Positions 58,714 through 64,000 of a stretch of 64,000 nucleotides of DNA are shown one piece after another; position 1 is the first letter of the stretch, and every line of letters begins with the position of its first letter. The notes under the pieces are model-generated. The model made no database searches. It was not told the origin of the DNA and was given only the letters and a program-made list of their open reading frames with translations. The position numbers and the translations under genes were made by a program. The DNA comes from Clostridiales bacterium (GTDB taxonomy: Bacteria > Bacillota > Clostridia > Oscillospirales > Oscillospiraceae): positions 66,020-130,019 of the forward strand of contig QALX01000007.1 of assembly GCA_003150485.1 (NCBI GenBank), in the 5' to 3' direction.

Positions 58714-60690
58714 TTATTTCCCGAAGAGGCTGTCGTAGCTGGCCTTCCGGTTCACCTGCTCAGTGACCTGGCTCAGCTTGCTCACATCCCCCAACAGGGT
58801 CACGCCGCACAGGACGTCATCCTGGAAGAAGTATTTCTCCAGGTTTCCACGGGCGTCGTCCCGGAACTCCACGGTGCGCAGGGGCGCTTCTCCGGCGCCG
58901 GAGGCTTTGCCGATGGTGTACAGGTTCCGGCCCGCCACCTCCATGCTCATGCCGTAGATCTCCGCGGCGAAGGTGAGCTGATCTCCCGCAGCGTTGGCGC
59001 CGGCCACCTCACCCTGACGGGAGGCCTCCGGCCACAGGGCGTAGTTCATCCCGGCGAACTCCACGCAGTCCCCGGCGCCGTACAGGTCGGGGAGGCTGGT
59101 CTCCATCCGCTCGTTGACCACCACGGCCTTGTTCTGCTCCGCACCGGCGTCAGCGGCCAGCTGGCCGTTGGCCCGGACGCCTGCGGACACCACCACCACC
59201 TCTGCGGGCAGCGCCGTGCCGTCCTTCAGGTAGATGGTCCCGTTCTCATAGCGGTCGGTCATCGCGCCGGCGAGAATCTTCACGCTGCCCTCTTCGAAGA
59301 AGCCCTGGAGCATGGCCGAGGCCACAGGGTCCAGCTTGTTGGCCATCAGGGCGGGCATGGCCTCCAACACAGTCACGTCACAGCCGTACTGCTTCAGCTC
59401 CCAGGCCGCCTCCAGGCCCACAACGCCGCCGCCGATGACCACGGCCCGCTTGCCTTTTTCCAGGAACGTCCTGATCTCCTCAATGTCCCGGATGGTGCGG
59501 ATGGTCTTTACTCTGGGGTCGTCATTGCCGCCGAAGGGGGGCACGAAGAAGTGGGACCCCAGGGCATAGATACACTTGTCATATTCACAGACGGCGCCGT
59601 CCTCCAGGGTCACCCGCTTCTCGGCGGGGTTCAGGGAGACGATCTTCTTGCCCAAGGCCAGGGTGATGTTCCGCTCCGCGTACCACGCCTGGTCGTGGAG
59701 GGTGAAATACTTGGCTCTGGCTTCGGCGTCGGTGCCGTCAAACATATGCTTGGTCAGCTGAGGCCGCTTGTAGGGCAGCTCCTCCTCGTCGGCCAGCAGG
59801 GTGATGGTACCGGTGCCGTCCCGGTCCCGGATGGCCTGGGCCGCGTTCACCGCCGCCGTACCGGCGCCCAGGATCAGGTAGCGCCGGTCGGTGTCGTGGC
59901 GCTGGATGGCCTCGGCCTCTTCTACCGGCAGGTAGTGTTCCGGGCCCACGCCGCACACCGGGCACACCGGCTCCGACGCGTCAAAGATCTCGCCGCAGAT
60001 GGCGCACTTGACCTTGCCGGTCTTCTGGGGCTCCACGGGCACAAAGTGCTCCGGCCCCACGCCGCAGACGGGACAGACCGGCTCCGACGCATCGAAGATC
60101 TCCTGGCAGACGGTGCAGCGGACCTTGCCGCCCGCCGGCTTCTCCACCACCGGTTCAAAGTACTCGGGGCCCACGCCGCAGACGGGACAGCTGTTCTCCG
60201 AGGCATCAAAGACCTCTTTGCAGATGGTGCAGCGGACCTTGCCCGCCGGCTGGCCCTGGTCCACCGGCACGTAGTGCTCGGGGCCCACGTTGCAGAAGGG
60301 ACACACCGGTTCCGACCCGTCGAACACCGCCTGACACACGTCGCAGCGGACCTTTCCGGTCACTGGCGCGCTGTCCAGGGGCTCGAAGTTTTCCGGACCC
60401 ACATTGCACACCGGGCATACCGTCTCCGACCCGTCGAACACCGCCTGGCACACCTTGCACCGGACCATACCGCCCGGCTTGTCCTCCAGGGGCACGTAGT
60501 ACTCCGGGCCCACGTTGCAGAAGGGACACACCGGCTCCGACCCGTCGAACACCGCCTGGCAGATGCTGCACCGCACCTGGCCAGCGGACTCCGTCTCCAC
60601 CGGTTCAAAGTAATCCGGCCCCACGCCGCACAGGGGGCAGGTGGTCAGGGAATCGTCAAAAATTTCACCGCAGAGTTTACATTTCACCAT
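58714..60690 (-). CDS. FAD/NAD(P)-dependent oxidoreductase (NADH:rubredoxin oxidoreductase-like) with seven N-terminal rubredoxin-like domains
   Basis: 7 x CxxC-x10-CPxC; LGAGTAA, PYKRPQL, VIGGGVVGLEAA, T...LYGAGD and LW..A..QG..AG motifs; AAGGAGG RBS. Confidence 0.9.
   Translation of the reverse strand: MVKCKLCGEIFDDSLTTCPLCGVGPDYFEPVETESAGQVRCSICQAVFDGSEPVCPFCNVGPEYYVPLEDKPGGMVRCKVCQAVFDGSETVCPVCNVGPENFEPLDSAPVTGKVRCDVCQAVFDGSEPVCPFCNVGPEHYVPVDQGQPAGKVRCTICKEVFDASENSCPVCGVGPEYFEPVVEKPAGGKVRCTVCQEIFDASEPVCPVCGVGPEHFVPVEPQKTGKVKCAICGEIFDASEPVCPVCGVGPEHYLPVEEAEAIQRHDTDRRYLILGAGTAAVNAAQAIRDRDGTGTITLLADEEELPYKRPQLTKHMFDGTDAEARAKYFTLHDQAWYAERNITLALGKKIVSLNPAEKRVTLEDGAVCEYDKCIYALGSHFFVPPFGGNDDPRVKTIRTIRDIEEIRTFLEKGKRAVVIGGGVVGLEAAWELKQYGCDVTVLEAMPALMANKLDPVASAMLQGFFEEGSVKILAGAMTDRYENGTIYLKDGTALPAEVVVVSAGVRANGQLAADAGAEQNKAVVVNERMETSLPDLYGAGDCVEFAGMNYALWPEASRQGEVAGANAAGDQLTFAAEIYGMSMEVAGRNLYTIGKASGAGEAPLRTVEFRDDARGNLEKYFFQDDVLCGVTLLGDVSKLSQVTEQVNRKASYDSLFGK
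59925..60690 (-). repeat. Seven tandem 111-114 bp coding repeats (rubredoxin-like units)
   Basis: Repeating V.C..C..xFD.S...CP.C.VGP....P. Confidence 0.9.
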
Positions 60691-60790
60691 GTGTTTTTCC
60701 TCCTTCGGATTGCGCTTGCAATGGCAGAGCATTTGATTTGTTGTCTCTATTATCCCACAACTTCCCGGCGCTTGTCAAGAATTATTCCTA

Positions 60791-61174
60791 TTAAGCATCG
60801 CTTTTCGCCGCTTCCTCCCTCTGGAAGCCCAGGTACCGGGTACCCTGGAAGGTCAGGGTGCCCTGTTCCCCCTCTGCTAAGCGGTTGTAGTCCGCCTGGG
60901 AGACTTGGAATTCCATCCGGTTCCCATCCCCGGTCTGAAAGGCAGCGTAATATGTGGTACGGGTGGCGAAGCCCTGGCCGGAGGCCTCCGCTGCCTTGGG
61001 GCGGAGGGCGCTGCTCACAGGGGCCCGCTTGCCGCTCACCGTGGCAGCCATCTCCTGCACCGGCGCGGCGTCGTTGGCCCGCCGCTGGCGAAAGCCCTTC
61101 ACTCCCGTGACTGCGATGATCACGATGGCCACCGCAAACATGACATAAAAGAAAATGGGGATTAGATCAGTCAT
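60791..61174 (-). CDS. DUF2500-like membrane-anchored protein
   Basis: TM helix, then N.AAP....A.V..KR and TYY..F....G.R.EF.V....Y..L.EG..G.LTFQGTRYLGF. Confidence 0.85.
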   Translation of the reverse strand: MTDLIPIFFYVMFAVAIVIIAVTGVKGFRQRRANDAAPVQEMAATVSGKRAPVSSALRPKAAEASGQGFATRTTYYAAFQTGDGNRMEFQVSQADYNRLAEGEQGTLTFQGTRYLGFQREEAAKSDA

Positions 61175-61375
61175 CTCTGTTGTGTCTCCTCTCGTTTGAT
61201 TGTTCCAGACTTCCCCTATCATACCACGAATTGCCCGGAAAAACAGTGGGGACACGCACTTTTGCCAAAATCCCGCCGCTTTTACCCCGCTGCCATTGAT
61301 TTTCGCGGAAAAACTGCGTATAATTCCCAACTGAGAGGGGGCTGCGCCCACCTCTGGAAACGGAGGAACCAACCT

Positions 61376-62539
61376 ATGAAAAAACAACTCGCACTCCTCA
61401 TAGCCGCAGCCATGACACTGACTCTGGCCGCCTGCGGCGCCAGCGGCAGCACCGGCTCCGCCTCGTCGGCCGCTCCGGACCACACCATCACCCTGGGCGT
61501 TTTCGAGCCCAAAACCGGCGCCAGCGGCATCCGGGAAGAGCTGGGCATCGCCTACGCCCAATCCCTCCGCCCCACCGTCACCGTGGACGGGGTCCCCTGC
61601 ACCGTGGTGCTGGACTGGCAGGACAGCCCGTCCGATCCGGATGACGCCGTAGCCGCGGCCCGCCAACTGGTTTCCGACGGCTGCGCGGCAGTCATCGGCG
61701 GCTGTGACGCCGCCGCCTGCATCGCCGCCGGCAGCACCTTCGCCCAGGCCCGGCTCCCCGCCATCGCCACCTCCTGCACCGGCGCCAACGTGACCCTGGG
61801 CAACGACTACTACTTCCGCACCCGCACTCTGGACGCCCTTCAAGGAACCGCCCTGGCGGACTGGGCCACTGCCCAGAACTACCGGGAGATCGCCACCGTC
61901 AACTGCATCGACGATGAATCCACCGCCCGCCAGGTAGCCGCCTTCACCGCCCGGTTTGAGGAAAACGGCGGCAAGGTGGTGGACGCCGAGACCTTCCAGT
62001 CCGGTGAGACCGTCTTTACCGATCTGCTGGCCGGCCTGAAAGCCTCCGGCGTCAAGGCCGTCTTTGCCCCCACCAGCGTCGCCTGTGCCTCCCTGCTGTT
62101 GGACCAGGCCGGTGGGCTGGGCTGGAAGGTCCAGTGGATCGCCGGGGACGCCTGGAATGACCCGGCGTTTCTCTCCGAGGCCGGCAAGGCCGCCGAAGGG
62201 GTGGTACTGGCCTGCGCCTACGTCCAGGGGGCGGATGCGCCCTTTGACCAGGGGTTCCAGGCTTGGCTCCAGGCCGACCCGGCCCGTCTGGAGGCCAACG
62301 GGAACAGCACCGCCGCCACCGGCAGCCAGGCCCTGGCCTTTGACAGCTACAACACGGCCCTGGACGCCATCGAGGCCGCCAACTCCCTGGAGGGCCCCGC
62401 CATCCGGGACGCCCTGACCACCCTGGACAAACGGGACGCCGTCACCGGGGCCCTGTCCTTCGACGCCAACGGCGACGCCTGCCGGGACACCACCTATCTC
62501 GCCCGGATTCAGAAGGGCGTCTTCACCCTGGCGGAGTAA
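61376..62539 (+). CDS. Orphan branched-chain amino acid type ABC substrate-binding lipoprotein
   Basis: Lipobox LAAC; I.LGVFEP.TG, YYFR and VTG.LSFD.NGD motifs. Confidence 0.85.
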   Translation: MKKQLALLIAAAMTLTLAACGASGSTGSASSAAPDHTITLGVFEPKTGASGIREELGIAYAQSLRPTVTVDGVPCTVVLDWQDSPSDPDDAVAAARQLVSDGCAAVIGGCDAAACIAAGSTFAQARLPAIATSCTGANVTLGNDYYFRTRTLDALQGTALADWATAQNYREIATVNCIDDESTARQVAAFTARFEENGGKVVDAETFQSGETVFTDLLAGLKASGVKAVFAPTSVACASLLLDQAGGLGWKVQWIAGDAWNDPAFLSEAGKAAEGVVLACAYVQGADAPFDQGFQAWLQADPARLEANGNSTAATGSQALAFDSYNTALDAIEAANSLEGPAIRDALTTLDKRDAVTGALSFDANGDACRDTTYLARIQKGVFTLAE

Positions 62540-62584
62540 CCCGGCGCGCAAAAAAACGGTATCCAGCATTGGATACCGTTTTTT

Positions 62585-63607
62585 TCACGACTGTGGGGTG
62601 ACCGCCTTGACTTTGCGCTTGCGGCGGGGACGTTTGCGTTTTTTCAGCCCCTTGCCCACGGGGATCTGCTTGCCGCCCAGCTTGCACAGCCGGAACAGGT
62701 CCGGCGGGAAGTCCTCAGGGGCAAACAGGTGCATGGCGCCCCGGGCGCCCAGTGGGCCCTTCTGGACCGTGACGCAGGTGTAGTAGCGCCCGTGCTCCAG
62801 GCAGCGGCTCCGGGCCACGTAGTACCCCTCGATCTGGAGCCAGTTGCCGTTGCAGAGCCAGCTGTCGCACTTGGGGCAGCGGACCACCCGGGCGTTCCGG
62901 CTGCGCAGGCAGTCACCGGTGGTCTTGTACACGCCGCAGGAGCGGCGGTAGACCGGCGTCTTGTCCCGAAGCACCCGGCCCAGGGCCTGGCTGGCCTCGG
63001 CGGCGGCCCGCTCCCGGCGCTCCCGCCGGAGCTCGGCCTCCATCTGGTCCAGCTCCGCCTCGGAGGGCAGGGCGCCGAAGCGGCGCACCAGCTCCGCGCC
63101 GATGCGGGCGGTGTAGGTGGCGTCGTTGCCGGCGTCGTGGTAGGTCATGTCCCCGGCCAGGTCCAGAACCTCCACGGCGTCCTTGAGGGCGGCCTGCTGA
63201 TCGGTGTGGAGGACCAGCAGGTCGAAAGCCCGCTGGAGGTCGTAGATCTCCAGCTCCAGGAACTCCTCCATGCCGTACCAGCACAGGTTCATGTCCAGCA
63301 CCCGCACGTCGCTGTTGCCCCAGGTGAAGAACACCGGGTTGGGGCCGCACCAGCTGAAGAACCGCCGGGCCACCGTCCGGAAGCTCTCGGCCCGCCGGAG
63401 GGTGTCCATGCTCAGGGGGAGCATTTTCCGGACCCGATGGTGGAGCTTTTTGTGGATAGCGGGCCGGACGTAGGAGGAAAAGGGCGCAATCTCCCCCTCC
63501 CAGCTGTCCAGGCGGCAGGCGCCGATCTGGATAATCTCGTCTAATTTATCGTCCTCACCGTGAGGGTAACCCTGGTTCCACTCCAGGTCAAAAAACACGT
63601 AACTCAT
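62585..63607 (-). CDS. DEDDh 3'-5' exonuclease family protein with a Cys-rich C-terminal domain
   Basis: FDLEWNQ, EIIQIGA, WG..D and H.A..DA motifs; CPKC...C..HG. Confidence 0.85.
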   Translation of the reverse strand: MSYVFFDLEWNQGYPHGEDDKLDEIIQIGACRLDSWEGEIAPFSSYVRPAIHKKLHHRVRKMLPLSMDTLRRAESFRTVARRFFSWCGPNPVFFTWGNSDVRVLDMNLCWYGMEEFLELEIYDLQRAFDLLVLHTDQQAALKDAVEVLDLAGDMTYHDAGNDATYTARIGAELVRRFGALPSEAELDQMEAELRRERRERAAAEASQALGRVLRDKTPVYRRSCGVYKTTGDCLRSRNARVVRCPKCDSWLCNGNWLQIEGYYVARSRCLEHGRYYTCVTVQKGPLGARGAMHLFAPEDFPPDLFRLCKLGGKQIPVGKGLKKRKRPRRKRKVKAVTPQS

Positions 63608-63695
63608 AAAAATCACCATATAACAGAATCGCCCGTTTGTCAATGCGCTGGGTGGAAATCCTGCGAAAATCTTTTGTATTTTTTCAAAATAATGC

Positions 63696-63724
63696 TTGAC
63701 AATGATTGCCTATCCGACTATAAT
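63696..63724 (+). promoter_or_regulatory. Consensus sigma-A promoter of the tRNA operon
   Basis: TTGACA-17-TATAAT with an AT-rich UP region. Confidence 0.85.
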
Positions 63725-63755
63725 AGTCATTGTTCTGCTGAGGCGGAACGGAAAT

Positions 63756-63832
63756 GGCGGCGTAGCTCAGTTGGCTAGAGCATGCGGTTCATACCCGCAG
63801 TGTCACCGGTTCAAATCCAGTCGCCGCTACCA
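63756..63832 (+). tRNA. tRNA-Met (CAT), elongator-type
   Basis: GGCGGCGTAGCTCAG...GTT-CAT-AC...GGTTCAAATCC...CGCTACCA; 77 nt. Confidence 0.93.
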
Positions 63833-63874
63833 TTCCTTTCTTTCTTCGGGACGCCTTCGTGTGTCCCGGTCCAT

Positions 63875-63949
63875 GGCCCGTTGGTCAAGTGGTTAAGACA
63901 CGGCCCTTTCACGGCTGTAACATGGGTTCGAATCCCGTACGGGTCACCA
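63875..63949 (+). tRNA. tRNA-Glu (TTC)
   Basis: GGCCCGTTGGTCAAG...CT-TTC-AC...GGTTCGAATCC...CACCA; 75 nt. Confidence 0.96.
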
Positions 63950-64000
63950 CATAGGTACAGATAGGAAGCGTCTCGCTTCCTATCTTGTTATGGAGGCTTA

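Noticed and set aside
59925..60690. Regularly spaced DNA repeats as a possible CRISPR array
   Set aside because: They are in-frame, degenerate coding repeats with no unique spacers and no cas genes
61330..61370. Glycine riboswitch before the orphan SBP gene
   Set aside because: The leader is too short; there is only one small hairpin
60791..62569. 592-aa minus-strand ORF as one gene
   Set aside because: Only the last 127 aa (from 61174, with RBS) look real; the rest is antisense to the SBP gene

Overview
A GC-rich chromosomal window from a spore-forming Clostridia-class firmicute. This placement is inferred from spoVT, sleB, T-box leaders, ECF S-components and split MetH. The content is mostly housekeeping: icd, lipoprotein/OmpR-type two-component genes running into DUF1385-prmC-recA-recX-rimO-pgsA, T-box cysS, split methionine synthase, a DEAD-box helicase, a TAXI-TRAP transporter, two paralogous TrpXYZ-like ABC operons around asnA, coaBC/panT, glgB, lepB, ymdB, greA and three tRNAs. 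I found no CRISPR array, intact mobile element or defence island. The most notable signals are: (1) two gene-free intergenic loci (about 49.4 kb and 58.5 kb) with the same promoter geometry, four 11-bp-phased TT(T/C)ACA-like boxes and an extended -10, each driving a short CU-rich terminated transcript, which suggests a response-regulator-controlled sRNA family; (2) an NADH:rubredoxin-oxidoreductase-like flavoprotein with seven tandem rubredoxin-like domains; (3) a proteasome-beta/Ntn-fold-like ORF; (4) an Lsa-type ABC-F resistance gene with a readable uORF attenuator; (5) a multidomain subtilase next to a PrcB-like lipoprotein; (6) a pan-motif-like leader before panT. All calls come from reading the sequence by eye; no searches were run.
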